DNA of 64,000 nucleotides from Candidatus Poribacteria bacterium (GCA_965215265.1 OZ244048.1:2080001-2144000), one strand, 5' to 3'; positions 21,495 through 32,819 are shown, numbered from the stretch's first letter. Notes: a model not told the origin generated them from the sequence alone. A program made the numbers and translations.

Positions 21495-21959
21495 TTAACC
21501 CTCCACTCGTATAGGCTGACCGCTCTCAAGCGCTCGTGAGATAACAGCCGTCAATTCACCACTACCTCCGAAGTCCAAGGCTTGTACGCCGAGACGATGC
21601 CGGCCGGTCGGCGTTTCATGATAGATAACGCCTCTGTTCCCAACCAACATGATGTCTACCCCCGGCTCCTTCTCAACCCGATTCACGTTCAACAGTGCTA
21701 TCTCTCCACCTGTGTACTTCACCATTAGCGTTAACTGCGTTCCCTCCGCATCGCCTTGCGCATAGATATGCTCAGGTTTTGAAGGCATCCATCCGTTGGC
21801 AACACGCGCCACCACCGTGACAGGCTCCAGAAGAGACACCTTGCTCCACATGTCCGATTCATTCGCAACCTGAAGGGCACACCGCAAAAACACTGGACTC
21901 CCAATCCGACCCGATTCAATCACAGTTTGAACCGATTTTCTAACTGATTCCATTTTCAT
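21495..21959 (-). CDS. Gfo/Idh/MocA C-terminal-domain-like protein
   Basis: IESGRIGSPVF...ALESGQPI, no Rossmann domain. Confidence 0.65.
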   Translation of the reverse strand: MKMESVRKSVQTVIESGRIGSPVFLRCALQVANESDMWSKVSLLEPVTVVARVANGWMPSKPEHIYAQGDAEGTQLTLMVKYTGGEIALLNVNRVEKEPGVDIMLVGNRGVIYHETPTGRHRLGVQALDFGGSGELTAVISRALESGQPIRVEG

Positions 21960-21985
21960 CTCCTCGATGCTTCGCTTTAAGCTGA

Positions 21986-22014
21986 ATTGTACTCTACCAC
22001 GAGAAAGGTGTCAA
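21986..22014 (-). promoter_or_regulatory. Sigma70-type promoter
   Basis: TTGACA-17 bp-TACAAT on the minus strand. Confidence 0.6.
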
Positions 22015-22107
22015 CATCTTTTTCAAAGGCAGCCCTCACCGAATGCCCCACGGTTATTACACCCCCAGTCTGTCTTAAGACGCAGCAATTTGGGTCCATT
22101 TTAAATA

Positions 22108-22136
22108 TTGACACAGCCCTAAAATTCTGATAAAAT
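22108..22136 (+). promoter_or_regulatory. Sigma70-type promoter
   Basis: TTGACA-17 bp-TAAAAT with TGn. Confidence 0.7.
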
Positions 22137-22170
22137 ATAACCAAATAATTTTACGATGTGGAGAACAACC

Positions 22171-22539
22171 ATGCGAGGAAAAACCCTTCAACAATTACTG
22201 GCCGAAGCAAAAGCAAACGTGGGGCATATTTCAGCCGAAGAACTCCAGCAGGCTGAGCACCCCGTTATTCTCATAGATGTCCGCGACGAGGCAGACTACG
22301 AAAAAGAACATCTACCTACAGCAGCATCCCTGCCGCGCGGCTACCTCGAACTTGATATCGATGAAGTCGCACCTGACCAGGACGCACATATTGTCACCTA
22401 TTGCGGGGGCGGGACCCGCGCAACGCTCTCTGCACACACCTTAAAAATCATGGGGTACGACAACGTCGCAGTACTCACCGGAGGCTTCCGAGGCTGGAAA
22501 TCCGACGGATTGCCGACCGAAAAAGGAACCGACGAATAA
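22171..22539 (+). CDS. Rhodanese-like domain protein
   Basis: LIDVRDEADY..HLP.A, YCGGGTRA, LTGGFRGW. Confidence 0.9.
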   Translation: MRGKTLQQLLAEAKANVGHISAEELQQAEHPVILIDVRDEADYEKEHLPTAASLPRGYLELDIDEVAPDQDAHIVTYCGGGTRATLSAHTLKIMGYDNVAVLTGGFRGWKSDGLPTEKGTDE

Positions 22540-22585
22540 AAATCTCACTTATTGCTCTCACAACTGCGCCAAAATGGAGGAAAAT

Positions 22586-23617
22586 ATGCGAAACCTATGG
22601 ACGCTCTTCGCAGTCATGCTACTCACACTGTGCATCGGACAGCACAGCGATGGACAAAAACGCCAACTTAACATCTTTACATGGGCAAGCTACATCAACG
22701 ATGACATTCGCTCCGGATTTGAAAAAGAATTCGGCGCAAACGTCACCGTGGACACTTATGCAAGCAACGAAGATTTACTCGCAAAACTCCAAGCAGGCGC
22801 CACTGGCTACGATATTATCATGCCCTCTGACTACATGGTCTCCATTTTAATCAAATTGGACCTATTAGCTGCGTTATCTCGTCAAAACATCCCAAATTGG
22901 CAGAACATTAGCCCACTGTTCCTTGGAAAGTACTATGATGCGCAGAACCGCTATTCTGTACCGTATACGTTTGGAACTGCCGGCATCGCATACGATTCTG
23001 ATGTAGTTTCACCCGCACCTGACAGCTGGGCAGTACTTTGGGATGCGAAATACCACAATCAATTCAGTATGCTTGATGATCAGCGTGAGACACTTGGTGC
23101 CGCACTCAAACTGCTCGGATATAGCCTTAACACCACTGATGAAAACGAACTTAACGCAGCGAAAGCACAATTAATTGCACAGAAACCGCTCGTTAAACAG
23201 TACAAAAGTGAAGCAGAGGAGGTTCTCGCCGCCGGGGATGTCGTAATGGCACACTGCTGGAGCGGGGATGCTTTCCGGGCCGCTGAAACGCGCCCCTCTA
23301 TTCGATACGTGATTCCCAAGGAAGGTTCAAGTCAATTTATTGACACCGTCTGTATCCCCAAATCTGCACCGCATAAAACACTCGCTGAACAGTTTATTAA
23401 CTACCTCCTCCGACCAGATGTCAATGCAAAAATCACGGCACTGACGAAATACGGCACGTGCGTTCCGGCAGCAAAACAATATTTGCCACAACATTTACGC
23501 GAACACGAATTCATCTATCCAACCGAAGAAGTGTTGGATACGCTTGAATGGCTGAAAGACCCCGGCGAGTTTACGAAGCACTACAACCGAGCCTGGGAAG
23601 AGATTAAAGCGAGATAG
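22586..23617 (+). CDS. potD: Spermidine/putrescine ABC transporter substrate-binding protein
   Basis: LNIFTWASYI, SNEDL.AKL, YDIIMPSDY, DDQRE, WSGDA, PKEGS. Confidence 0.85.
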   Translation: MRNLWTLFAVMLLTLCIGQHSDGQKRQLNIFTWASYINDDIRSGFEKEFGANVTVDTYASNEDLLAKLQAGATGYDIIMPSDYMVSILIKLDLLAALSRQNIPNWQNISPLFLGKYYDAQNRYSVPYTFGTAGIAYDSDVVSPAPDSWAVLWDAKYHNQFSMLDDQRETLGAALKLLGYSLNTTDENELNAAKAQLIAQKPLVKQYKSEAEEVLAAGDVVMAHCWSGDAFRAAETRPSIRYVIPKEGSSQFIDTVCIPKSAPHKTLAEQFINYLLRPDVNAKITALTKYGTCVPAAKQYLPQHLREHEFIYPTEEVLDTLEWLKDPGEFTKHYNRAWEEIKAR

Positions 23618-23618
23618 C

Positions 23619-25001
23619 ATGAAAACCTCTCACACCCTTGGCTGTAAGACAACAACTTCACACACTTTTTCATTTACCAGATTTATTCTTCTCCTCTGTT
23701 TGATTCTACCTCCGTTGCTCGCCGCGGAAAGCCACGCAAATTCGGATTGGCCAGATTTTCTCGGCCCAGAGCGAAACGGCAAATCAAGCGAAAAACTAGA
23801 GATAATGCCATGGCCAAAAACGGGGCCACCCATCGCCTGGCACAAAGAGATTGGAACCAGTTACGGGGCACCGACCATCGCAGACGGACGGTTGTTTATC
23901 TTCGCACGCCACGCGGATACCGCACGTCTAACCTGTATGGAAAGCAAAACCGGGAATGAATTATGGCACTTCGAATATCCTACAGACTACGAGGATATGT
24001 ACGGTTACAACGACGGGCCCAGGTGTTGTCCCGTCGTTGACCAAGAACGCGTCTATCTCTTCGGGGCCGAGGGCATGTTGCACTGCGTCAGCGTTTCGGA
24101 TGGCAGCCTCTTATGGAAAGTAGACACAACCGCACGTTTTAACGTCGTCCAAAACTTCTTCGGCATCGCATCAGCACCTATTGTAGAAGGCGAATTGCTC
24201 ATCGTTCAGATTGGCGGCTCCCCACCAGGAAGCCCTAAGGATATCTGGGGTGCGAACGGAAAACCCAAACCCAACGGCACCGGGATTGTCGCATTCAACA
24301 AACTGACCGGCGCTGTTGTCTACAAACTTGCCGATGAACTCGCTAGCTACGCAAGTCCTATCATCGCGACAATCGAGGAACGACGATGGGGATTCGCATT
24401 TCTGCGCGGAGGAATCGTCGGCTTTGAACCCGCAACCGGCGAATTTGACTTCTACTACCCATGGCGACATCCTAAAATCGAATCTGTCAACGCCTCATCG
24501 CCCGTCGTAGTTGACGATTTTGTGTTTATTAGCGAATCATACGGCATAGGCAGCTCTCTCATCCAAGTGCGCCCTAATGGCTACCGCGTCGTCTGGAAAG
24601 ACAAGCCCAATCAGCCTAACAAGGCAATGGAATTGCACTGGACTACCGCCATCCATCACGAAGGCTACCTCTACGGATGTAGCGGTAGGCATTCTAACGG
24701 CGCATCACTGCGCTGCGTTGAGCTCACAACAGGCAAATTAATCTGGTCAGAGCACGTTAACGAGCGCGCCTCGCTGCTCTGGGTGAACGATTACTTCATC
24801 TATCTCAGTGAATTTGGACGCTTAATGCTGCTCAAATGCACACCCCAAAAAGTAGAAGTACTTTCTCAGGCAGTACCAATCAATGAGAAAGGAAATCAGC
24901 TAATTGAATATCCGGCTTGGGCCGCACCGGCCTTAGCAAACGGCTACTTGTACGTCCGCGGGAAAAATAGACTCATCTGTTTCGCATTGGCTCCACAGTG
25001 A
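23619..25001 (+). CDS. PQQ-binding-like beta-propeller protein
   Basis: DWPDFLGPERNG, SYASP, WAAPALANGYLYVR, signal peptide. Confidence 0.85.
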   Translation: MKTSHTLGCKTTTSHTFSFTRFILLLCLILPPLLAAESHANSDWPDFLGPERNGKSSEKLEIMPWPKTGPPIAWHKEIGTSYGAPTIADGRLFIFARHADTARLTCMESKTGNELWHFEYPTDYEDMYGYNDGPRCCPVVDQERVYLFGAEGMLHCVSVSDGSLLWKVDTTARFNVVQNFFGIASAPIVEGELLIVQIGGSPPGSPKDIWGANGKPKPNGTGIVAFNKLTGAVVYKLADELASYASPIIATIEERRWGFAFLRGGIVGFEPATGEFDFYYPWRHPKIESVNASSPVVVDDFVFISESYGIGSSLIQVRPNGYRVVWKDKPNQPNKAMELHWTTAIHHEGYLYGCSGRHSNGASLRCVELTTGKLIWSEHVNERASLLWVNDYFIYLSEFGRLMLLKCTPQKVEVLSQAVPINEKGNQLIEYPAWAAPALANGYLYVRGKNRLICFALAPQ

Positions 25002-25023
25002 GATTTAGCAAGCGTTCCGCCTA

Positions 25024-26100
25024 TTACGGTGTCCATAGCGTCGCCTCAATAAACCGCTCACCGTCAGGCTCCTCATCAAAATAGTAGACGGTAACCACCA
25101 CGCCATCAGGCCGTTGAACTGTGCGAGGGTAGCCGATGTCGTGGTCCCCGCCATTATCGCGCAAAACGAGTTCATCGCCCCAACTACACCCATCATCACC
25201 GCTCAATTTCGCACAGATACGATAAGGCGCATCTCTATAACCATAAATGAGACACAACCGGCCATCGTGGAGCAGTGTTAATGTAGGCGGATTCCCGCCG
25301 CGGCCCGTACTCTCTACAGGCCGATTCACATAACGCCAAGTTGAACCGTTATCATCTGAGGCGTAAAGGTCAATCCAATTAGCCCGAGTTTGCCAGTCTG
25401 TACCTGCCCCGCGGCACCGAACTGCCACTAAAATTCGAGAATCGCTCAGCCGCACACTCGCAGGCATAATCGCAAATCCTTCCGGTTCCGGACCAATTTG
25501 TGCATGCCGTGTAAACGACAGAGCACCATCAGTGGTGCGTGCACAAAATATCAAACCTTCCTCACCGTTCGCTTTCGCCGCAGTTAAAAATAGCAGGCAC
25601 TCTTCTGAAGAACTAACGAGGTAATCTGTCCGCGCAGCGATGCCCGTGTAACCGAACATCGGTAAACGAAACGGTCCGTCCCAACTCCTACATCTATCGG
25701 TAGAGGTATAAAACCAGGAATGTGAACCACTTGTGAGCCCAGATCTGCCGCACATCATTGCAAAGTCAGAATGTGCAAAATCTACACTTTGTCTCGCACT
25801 GTACCCACCAGATTCCGACAACCTATGTTCCTTCAGAACATGCTCATCTGCCGACAATGTACCTTCCCCAGGAAGACGGCACGGAGTCGCCGAAACGTCC
25901 CACGTCTCTCCACCATCCAGGCTACGTGCCTGCATCGCTGTAAACGGTTTATCCCGAGCTCTACGGTGAAACCCGGCATCGGATTGATGATAGCCGACTG
26001 TAAACCCGACGACGATTTCGTCGCCCCACGCCCAAATGCCATAGTTTGCGGGCCAGCCAGCGTAACGTCCACGTTCTCTATAGAGTGTAACCTGTTCCAT
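25024..26100 (-). CDS. Sialidase-like BNR/Asp-box protein
   Basis: SLDGGETW, STDRCRSW, SDDNGSTW, DIGYP..V.RPDG. Confidence 0.8.
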   Translation of the reverse strand: MEQVTLYRERGRYAGWPANYGIWAWGDEIVVGFTVGYHQSDAGFHRRARDKPFTAMQARSLDGGETWDVSATPCRLPGEGTLSADEHVLKEHRLSESGGYSARQSVDFAHSDFAMMCGRSGLTSGSHSWFYTSTDRCRSWDGPFRLPMFGYTGIAARTDYLVSSSEECLLFLTAAKANGEEGLIFCARTTDGALSFTRHAQIGPEPEGFAIMPASVRLSDSRILVAVRCRGAGTDWQTRANWIDLYASDDNGSTWRYVNRPVESTGRGGNPPTLTLLHDGRLCLIYGYRDAPYRICAKLSGDDGCSWGDELVLRDNGGDHDIGYPRTVQRPDGVVVTVYYFDEEPDGERFIEATLWTP

Positions 26101-26159
26101 ATTGTTGACTCTCCTTCACTCGAACACGCCGGCGGACTTCAATCCCGCCAGATGTTTTT

Positions 26160-26621
26160 TTACTTCACTGGATGCAGCACGACTTCATCCGTCCGAAGAT
26201 AGGTATAGAGCTCCTCTGCTGCAAACAGGATACCTAACTCGCGCCGGGCGTTCTCACGAGAATCGGAGGCATGCACAATATTATGCGTTACATTAATTGA
26301 GAAATCGCCCCGGATACTCCCAGGCTGCGACACCTTCGGGTCCGTTTCACCATGCAGAATACGCACGAGCTCAATAGCATTACGCCCCTCAATAGCTATC
26401 GCAACCATCGGCGCAGATGTCATAAACCGAATCAGCACCTCGTAAAAGGAACTACCCCGATGCACAGCATAGAGCGCCTCCGCAGTAGCAAGCGGAAGCC
26501 GCAACATTTTCATTCCAATCAGTTTTAAACCCTTCCGTTCATACCGGGAAATGATTTCCCCTATCAGCCCACGTTGAACACCATCCGGTTTAATCAAAAC
26601 GAGTGTCTGTTCATTTTCCAT
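26160..26621 (-). CDS. ndk: Nucleoside diphosphate kinase
   Basis: TLVLIKPDGVQRGLIGEII, PGSIRGDF, NIVHASD. Confidence 0.95.
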   Translation of the reverse strand: MENEQTLVLIKPDGVQRGLIGEIISRYERKGLKLIGMKMLRLPLATAEALYAVHRGSSFYEVLIRFMTSAPMVAIAIEGRNAIELVRILHGETDPKVSQPGSIRGDFSINVTHNIVHASDSRENARRELGILFAAEELYTYLRTDEVVLHPVK

Positions 26622-26821
26622 AGCCATTCCTTTTATGAAATAGGACATGGCGGTTCACCGCACAACTCATCAAAACAAACGGGCATACACAAAACACACA
26701 CGAAAAACTTAGTGCCCAGCGGCTTCCCACGACATCCCTTGACATGAATCCTTTTTAAGTATACCATATTCGTAAGGCAGATACCTAATTTATTTTTTAC
26801 AGACGTAGAACAGAGGTAGAT

Positions 26822-27802
26822 ATGTACAATCAATTGGCGCAATGCATCTTAAAAACAGGAGAACGGATGGAAGTCGGCGTGATTAACGCACCCGACGAAC
26901 CACACGCAGCAGAAGTCAAACGGTTCCTTGGACACAAACAAGGCGATTATAAATGGCACATAGAACGGGCTGTCACTGAAGTACTTGGCAGCTTAGAAAC
27001 TCACTTCTATGTTGGAAAACTTGAAGGAAAGGTGATTAGTAATGTGATGACCGTCGAGCACGAAGGAATCGGGATTTTAGGGCATGTCTTTACATTACCG
27101 CAACAGCGCAGAAAAGGCGCATGTAAAGGCATTATGACACATCAGATGGCGGATTTTCGGCAGCGCAACGGACGCGCACTCTACCTCGGCACAGGATATA
27201 ATAGCCATCCGTATTACATCTATAACAACTTCGGCTTTCAGAGCGTATTCCCAGGATCCGGTTTTATGAAATACCACGTCGAACCCGATTTTGAGGAACA
27301 TTACTTCGCCCAGACATCTGCCTCGCCCAAACCGATAGAATGGCATGATTGGCCCAAGGTAACCGCTCTCTCCGCTATCATCGGAGGGGATGCCCTTCGG
27401 AGCCTCACATGGCGTGTTTACGGACCCACGAATCTGGAAGGCGGTTTCCTTACATTTAAACACGCATTAGAAACAGACAACATTTACGATGATGCCAAAT
27501 TATTAGTCACACCGGACGGGGCTATCGTCGGTTGGGCAACAGTCTCTAGAGAACCGCATTGGCGAAATACAACCGCGCTCTTAGACCTCTTTTTTCACCC
27601 GAACTTCACCGAATCTGTACCGTCGCTCCTTGCAGCCTTAACCTTCCCAGAATTGAAGGTGCAGTGTTACGTTGACGCAGGGGCAGAGCAAAAAGCCGAG
27701 CTGCTCGCAGCAGCAGGCTTTTATTGTGAGGCACGTTTGAAAAGCCAATTTGAATACGGAAGTCTGCGTTACGACGTTTTAGTATTTTCGCGCGAATCAT
27801 AA
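26822..27802 (+). CDS. GNAT family acetyltransferase
   Basis: HVFTLPQQRRKG acetyl-CoA motif, Y...GF. Upstream TTGACA-17-TACCAT at 26739-26767. Confidence 0.8.
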   Translation: MYNQLAQCILKTGERMEVGVINAPDEPHAAEVKRFLGHKQGDYKWHIERAVTEVLGSLETHFYVGKLEGKVISNVMTVEHEGIGILGHVFTLPQQRRKGACKGIMTHQMADFRQRNGRALYLGTGYNSHPYYIYNNFGFQSVFPGSGFMKYHVEPDFEEHYFAQTSASPKPIEWHDWPKVTALSAIIGGDALRSLTWRVYGPTNLEGGFLTFKHALETDNIYDDAKLLVTPDGAIVGWATVSREPHWRNTTALLDLFFHPNFTESVPSLLAALTFPELKVQCYVDAGAEQKAELLAAAGFYCEARLKSQFEYGSLRYDVLVFSRES

Positions 27803-27823
27803 ACACACTCTACATATTTTAAC

Positions 27824-27852
27824 TTGACAATTTTTTATACTTGTGGTATAGT
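27824..27852 (+). promoter_or_regulatory. Sigma70-type promoter of the helicase operon
   Basis: TTGACA-17 bp-TATAGT with TGn. Confidence 0.7.
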
Positions 27853-27997
27853 CATATCAGTTTCACAAGAAAATGCCTAATTTGTGAGCAAACTCAAACT
27901 ATGAATCAAATAACAAGGGCAACATTAAAATTATGCAGCACTGCTCCTCGTAGGAGTCTTATAGCGCAAACATTCTTGAGAAATGAAATAAATAGCT

Positions 27998-30007
27998 ATG
28001 GTAACTTATGAACGATGGAATCAAGCCATCATCTCCCACTTTTTTGAAGATTGCGAGCCTGGAGAAATCGTTTTTCTGCAAACGAATGCTGAAACGCTTA
28101 CTGATATCGCCAAGCAATTTGATTTCAACGTAGAGAGTGCTGAAGAGAGTTTGAAAGAAGCCGTTAGGCTTAAAGTGGTTACTGATAATCGAGTCAACCT
28201 CTTACCCATTAATCCTCCAGATCTAGATACTTTATGGGCGGATTTGGCAGCAGAAGAACCCTCCCAAGTTGCTTTTCTCGCACTTACCGTACTTGCCGCA
28301 AGTTTGATGGAAACTTCTAAAGGAGTCTCTCATACCAATTACTACGTTCATCTAAATTATCTACTTTTTGATAAATCTTCTAAAGGCAAGCCAAAAGGGA
28401 TTGAATTGTGGCAAATCAAGACATTTTGGAAGCATCTTCAGAGTTGGGCGAGAAATAAGTATAATGTTGAACTCTATTTGACTACTGCAGGTTCATCAAA
28501 TCGCAGATACGTTTGGTATCCGATTTCGCAATGCCTAATCAGTAAACATAATCGACACAACATTTATCACTTTTTCCGTGATTACAACCTAACACCATTT
28601 TCAGACATTCCGGAGAATCAACTTGAACAAAACCTTCGGGCTTGGTTAGGATCGTCGGACAAGTCTGTAAAAATTGAACGTTATTTTTTTTCCAATGAAG
28701 CCTACAAGAAGTCAATCCTTAACCAAGTTAAATCCATTTTGGAACGTTGGGATGGTGAAATTCCACCTGAACCGCTTAAGGGCATAAGCCAGACAACTGA
28801 ACGAATAGACGTTGAACTTCGATTTGACCTATTTGACAATGTAGAAATTCGTTATTGGTTCCGAAGACGCTGGAGAGATGAAATAGACTGTGAAACAAAT
28901 CAGTTAGAGGTGAAACGTTTGCTACTTTCTGGCTCAGAAAAGTGGTTTGAGCCAATTATTGATAACGGAGGCATATTTTGGAATTTACGAAAACCCTTGC
29001 AATTGCAAACGGTTGAAACTAACCCAATAATCTACACACTGGGGTACTCTGATATCTGGATTTTCCGAGAAGACCCGGAGCGTGACGATGGCTGGTTATC
29101 CCGTAGAAACTTGCAACTATATGAAGATCATCTGATAGTATTCCGCAAACAAGTTCTCGACTATATAGACCAAACTTGTGAATTAGGAATTGAAACGCTG
29201 AGGGAAACGATAAACAATATCTGGGTCGATGGGAAAGAAAATGGCTGGTGCTGTCTGAAAGTCAAACCTACCAAATCTGTGTCTTTTTCTGACCAAGAAC
29301 TTTGGAGGCTTTCTGTCACTGTCAATTCTAGCAAGCAGATTCGTCTGATTGACGGTCTATCGGTTAAAGACAAGGACGGCCGCAGAGCCTACGTTAATAT
29401 TTGTCTTCCTATGGTTTTTGTTCCGGATCTTGGACTTCCTAGTGAAACCCCATTGCAGATCAACAAGCAGGAGTTACCAATAGGTAAAAATCGATTAGTC
29501 CCTTTAGATAAGATGCTAGATGTGGGAGTGTATCAACTCTCTTATGGAAATAAGACGAAGGAATTACGAATCATAGCCCCTGAACGTTCGTTGCAACATA
29601 AAGACCGAACCCTTATTGCTTCCTTATCCGCAAATCAAACAAGGATACCAAACTATGCTGTAAAGGAAATTGCAGAAATCTCTGCGAAATCCGGTATATG
29701 GTTCGCAGGAGCAAAGTTTTTTGGTACCGACATTCCAGAAGTTACATGGGACGATGTACAGACGGAACCGCAGAGACCAGAAGAAAACAGGAGACTATTG
29801 TTCAAAACTCCAGCAGAATTCATTTCCTCAGTCGTGAAAATAGCGATCGAGCTCAAACATGACCAATCTTCTGCACCGGAATGGCTCAATAAAGCAATTG
29901 AATATCTAGATCAGAACGTTGCAATGCGAGTCCTTGTTAAAAAGAAATTAGGATTGTACAGCAAAACGGCTTTGTCGTATGCTGATCTCCGGAAACTAGG
30001 AGGTTAG
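27998..30007 (+). CDS. Hypothetical protein, first gene of Druantia-like operon (DruB-like position)
   Basis: 669-aa ORF starting YERWNQAIISHFF. Assigned from operon context only. Confidence 0.6.
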   Translation: MVTYERWNQAIISHFFEDCEPGEIVFLQTNAETLTDIAKQFDFNVESAEESLKEAVRLKVVTDNRVNLLPINPPDLDTLWADLAAEEPSQVAFLALTVLAASLMETSKGVSHTNYYVHLNYLLFDKSSKGKPKGIELWQIKTFWKHLQSWARNKYNVELYLTTAGSSNRRYVWYPISQCLISKHNRHNIYHFFRDYNLTPFSDIPENQLEQNLRAWLGSSDKSVKIERYFFSNEAYKKSILNQVKSILERWDGEIPPEPLKGISQTTERIDVELRFDLFDNVEIRYWFRRRWRDEIDCETNQLEVKRLLLSGSEKWFEPIIDNGGIFWNLRKPLQLQTVETNPIIYTLGYSDIWIFREDPERDDGWLSRRNLQLYEDHLIVFRKQVLDYIDQTCELGIETLRETINNIWVDGKENGWCCLKVKPTKSVSFSDQELWRLSVTVNSSKQIRLIDGLSVKDKDGRRAYVNICLPMVFVPDLGLPSETPLQINKQELPIGKNRLVPLDKMLDVGVYQLSYGNKTKELRIIAPERSLQHKDRTLIASLSANQTRIPNYAVKEIAEISAKSGIWFAGAKFFGTDIPEVTWDDVQTEPQRPEENRRLLFKTPAEFISSVVKIAIELKHDQSSAPEWLNKAIEYLDQNVAMRVLVKKKLGLYSKTALSYADLRKLGG

Positions 30008-30012
30008 TAATT

Positions 30013-31926
30013 ATGGAACCCAAACCTTATCCAGAAGAGAAGCGGCGAATTTTAATAGAACGGTGTTCATCGGATTTTATTACATTCTTGGAACAGATAA
30101 CAGATAGTAACGGCAAACAGTTCGTACGAGAAAAACTCTCTCCACAAAGGAAAGGATTCCGAAAGGGAAGACGGCCGTTAAAACAGTCAGTCCCAAACTT
30201 GATCACCGAGTTAAGCCGAGAACGAGAATTGACTAATTCTAAATCCACTATTTGGAATAAGTTCAGAGATGCCTGGATTTACTGGATTAAATCTCACAGT
30301 AGACTGCACAACATCTTACTTGAATTCGATAATAGTGCGGATTTTGAAAACGACGAGTGCCTCACACCACCGAATAGCGAACTTGATCTGCAATGCTTCA
30401 AAACCTTGCTCAAAGCAAACTGTAACAACCAGATTGATCAGGAGACAATTCGACGTTTTTACGAGTACGGTTACTTCAACAAAGATGATAAGATTGAAGA
30501 TTTAATTGATAAGGCACTACCACAGGAAGTGATAGAGAACAAGCAACGGCTAGAGGAACTTCCGTGTGAAATTGATCAGTTATCTGACACTGTCACAGAT
30601 CTCAATTCCCGGATTTCTGATATAGAATCTGCAAATCAAGTAGAACCCAAACTTGCCCAGCAAATCGCTGAGACGCGTGAATTTTTTGAGACACAACTTC
30701 AGAATTTTTCTGAACAAATTTCAGTATTGGAAAGGTCTTCTGAGACACAACTTCCCAGAATAGAATCCAACTCTACCCAATTGACGAATCTGTTGAGGAG
30801 GCTTTCCAAGCTTAATAAATCAGTAAAATCATTTGAAACTAAACTACCGTTAGTTAATAGGGCCGAGGTTCAATCTATTGAAACACGGCTGGACGCGATG
30901 GACAAGTTAATCGCTGAAATTCAGGAGATGACAGAAGAGCAGCAGCAAACGACTAGAGTACCACAAATCGCCCATCAAGCCTTAAAAGTAGGGAAACGTT
31001 ATGCCACATTGAGAGACGGAAAAGAGCATTACAGCGATGAAAACGATTATTTCTCCAATTTTAAGGATTATCTCCAAATTTTCAAGGTAACGGATGCTGA
31101 TGAGATAGCAGCAGCTATACACGTTGCCTTGAAAGCCTTTCCAGCACTTGAAATTGCTGATACACGAATTATTAAAGTTTGGCAACTGATATCTGGTAAT
31201 AGCCTCTACATCACGACAATTGGTGTGGAAATGGGTTGGCTCGGATTACAAGATTGGTTCCCGGGTCTGTTTGCTGAAGAGTGCTTTGAAGAAAGACTGG
31301 AACGAGCAGAGCTTGATATCTCAATTCGAAAGATGCTTGAGATTGGCAATATGCCTTGGGCTATTCATTTTAGCAATTGTGACATGTCATTTCCAGAGAG
31401 CTACCTGCCCCGATTCCTTGATTGGATTGGTAAGTTTGGCAAAAGCGGCATCAGAGCGTTTCTCACTCGCTGTTCTGGGACGAATCGCTGTGACCTGAGC
31501 GAGGATATTTACGCTCGGGTCGCACGTTTGCCGAAACCGCACGTTCTAGAACCTATTGCGGCACGCAACTTCCCACCTTCAGAGATTGTCACACGGCTGA
31601 CTGAATGGAGATCTTGGTGTTGTCCGAATTCGGACTCGTTTGCCGACGGATCTCCGGACTTGAGGCAACTCCAGGTCGCAATCGAAGACAGCGGAGTGAA
31701 AATTCCAAGAGAACTTCTGCAGGAAATTAGTCATTACCGACAACTCTCACATAAAATTCTGGCACCCACGAAATCACTCGATTGGGCATTAACTTTACGC
31801 CTCCTACCGTGGATTGGAAATCGCCAAGAGTTAATTGATACAGTACATAACTGGATCCATCACGCAGATTTTGAATTACCTCACTTCCAAGAAGGATTAC
31901 AAAAGGCACGCGAGGCAGACGAATGA
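30013..31926 (+). CDS. Hypothetical coiled-coil protein (DruC-like position)
   Basis: 637 aa, central coiled coil, GGAGG SD, ATGA overlap with the next gene. Confidence 0.6.
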   Translation: MEPKPYPEEKRRILIERCSSDFITFLEQITDSNGKQFVREKLSPQRKGFRKGRRPLKQSVPNLITELSRERELTNSKSTIWNKFRDAWIYWIKSHSRLHNILLEFDNSADFENDECLTPPNSELDLQCFKTLLKANCNNQIDQETIRRFYEYGYFNKDDKIEDLIDKALPQEVIENKQRLEELPCEIDQLSDTVTDLNSRISDIESANQVEPKLAQQIAETREFFETQLQNFSEQISVLERSSETQLPRIESNSTQLTNLLRRLSKLNKSVKSFETKLPLVNRAEVQSIETRLDAMDKLIAEIQEMTEEQQQTTRVPQIAHQALKVGKRYATLRDGKEHYSDENDYFSNFKDYLQIFKVTDADEIAAAIHVALKAFPALEIADTRIIKVWQLISGNSLYITTIGVEMGWLGLQDWFPGLFAEECFEERLERAELDISIRKMLEIGNMPWAIHFSNCDMSFPESYLPRFLDWIGKFGKSGIRAFLTRCSGTNRCDLSEDIYARVARLPKPHVLEPIAARNFPPSEIVTRLTEWRSWCCPNSDSFADGSPDLRQLQVAIEDSGVKIPRELLQEISHYRQLSHKILAPTKSLDWALTLRLLPWIGNRQELIDTVHNWIHHADFELPHFQEGLQKAREADE

Positions 31927-32819
31927 ATAGAACCGAAACAAATATATTTGATCGACTCCTCTATTACCTATCGCATGTGGGCACACTTAGTTGGGAGAAA
32001 TTTAAGCAAACAGTCAATCGACTCACAAGAGATAAACCTGACTTTAAAGAATCAACTTATCTCACCTGTCTAGCACGCTTGGGACATATTGATTTCGACC
32101 CGACGGATTTATCCCATGTCGCTATTGGATCTGCATCTCTTGTTGAGACAGCCGTCGCGGATCGATATGTTCTTGTTGGCAGTCGAACACCCGATTTTCT
32201 TAAGAAGACTCGAAAGTGTGTTGCTGAAATTGGGGGGAAATTCTGCTTACATCCGGAGAAATATGCACCAATGACCATCGTACTGAGTGGATTGCAAGAA
32301 CCTGCCTTTTCTGCTCTTGAAAGTTTGGAGATTCACATCAGCAGGGCATTTTCGGCGAAAATGTCAAAAGTACTACCAAGGCCAAAACGCACCAGTTTCA
32401 AGGAAAGCGAAATATTACTTCCAAATTCGATTAAAAAGTTTAACCCTGAAACCTTGAAATACGAGACACACACCGACTCATTGCAGAACTATGAGCTTTA
32501 TGAAACGCCTCGATATGGCTCCGATGTTTATATCCTACGATCCGCCTTTGAACAGCGAAAAATGCCACGCGACTGGGGAGAATGGCTTGTACTTTCGATT
32601 TCAGGCAAAACGACCGGACTGATTTCTTATGAAAAGAATTCTCAAATTTGGCGTGTCAAGCGCCCTTTGCTTGTACCACTAATTATTGATCGGTGCGCAA
32701 CCCTCTGCTCTGGTTTTCCACCGAAAAATAAGAAAGGTTTTATGTGCTATTCCGACGTACCAGCCGGTATCGCATATCAATTAACTAAATCGCTTTACCA
32801 AGATTGGGAGATTGTTTGA
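31923..32819 (+). CDS. Hypothetical protein (DruD-like position)
   Basis: 298 aa, LARLGHIDF, RCATLCSGFPP, TGATG overlap with the helicase gene. Confidence 0.6.
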   Translation: MNRTETNIFDRLLYYLSHVGTLSWEKFKQTVNRLTRDKPDFKESTYLTCLARLGHIDFDPTDLSHVAIGSASLVETAVADRYVLVGSRTPDFLKKTRKCVAEIGGKFCLHPEKYAPMTIVLSGLQEPAFSALESLEIHISRAFSAKMSKVLPRPKRTSFKESEILLPNSIKKFNPETLKYETHTDSLQNYELYETPRYGSDVYILRSAFEQRKMPRDWGEWLVLSISGKTTGLISYEKNSQIWRVKRPLLVPLIIDRCATLCSGFPPKNKKGFMCYSDVPAGIAYQLTKSLYQDWEIV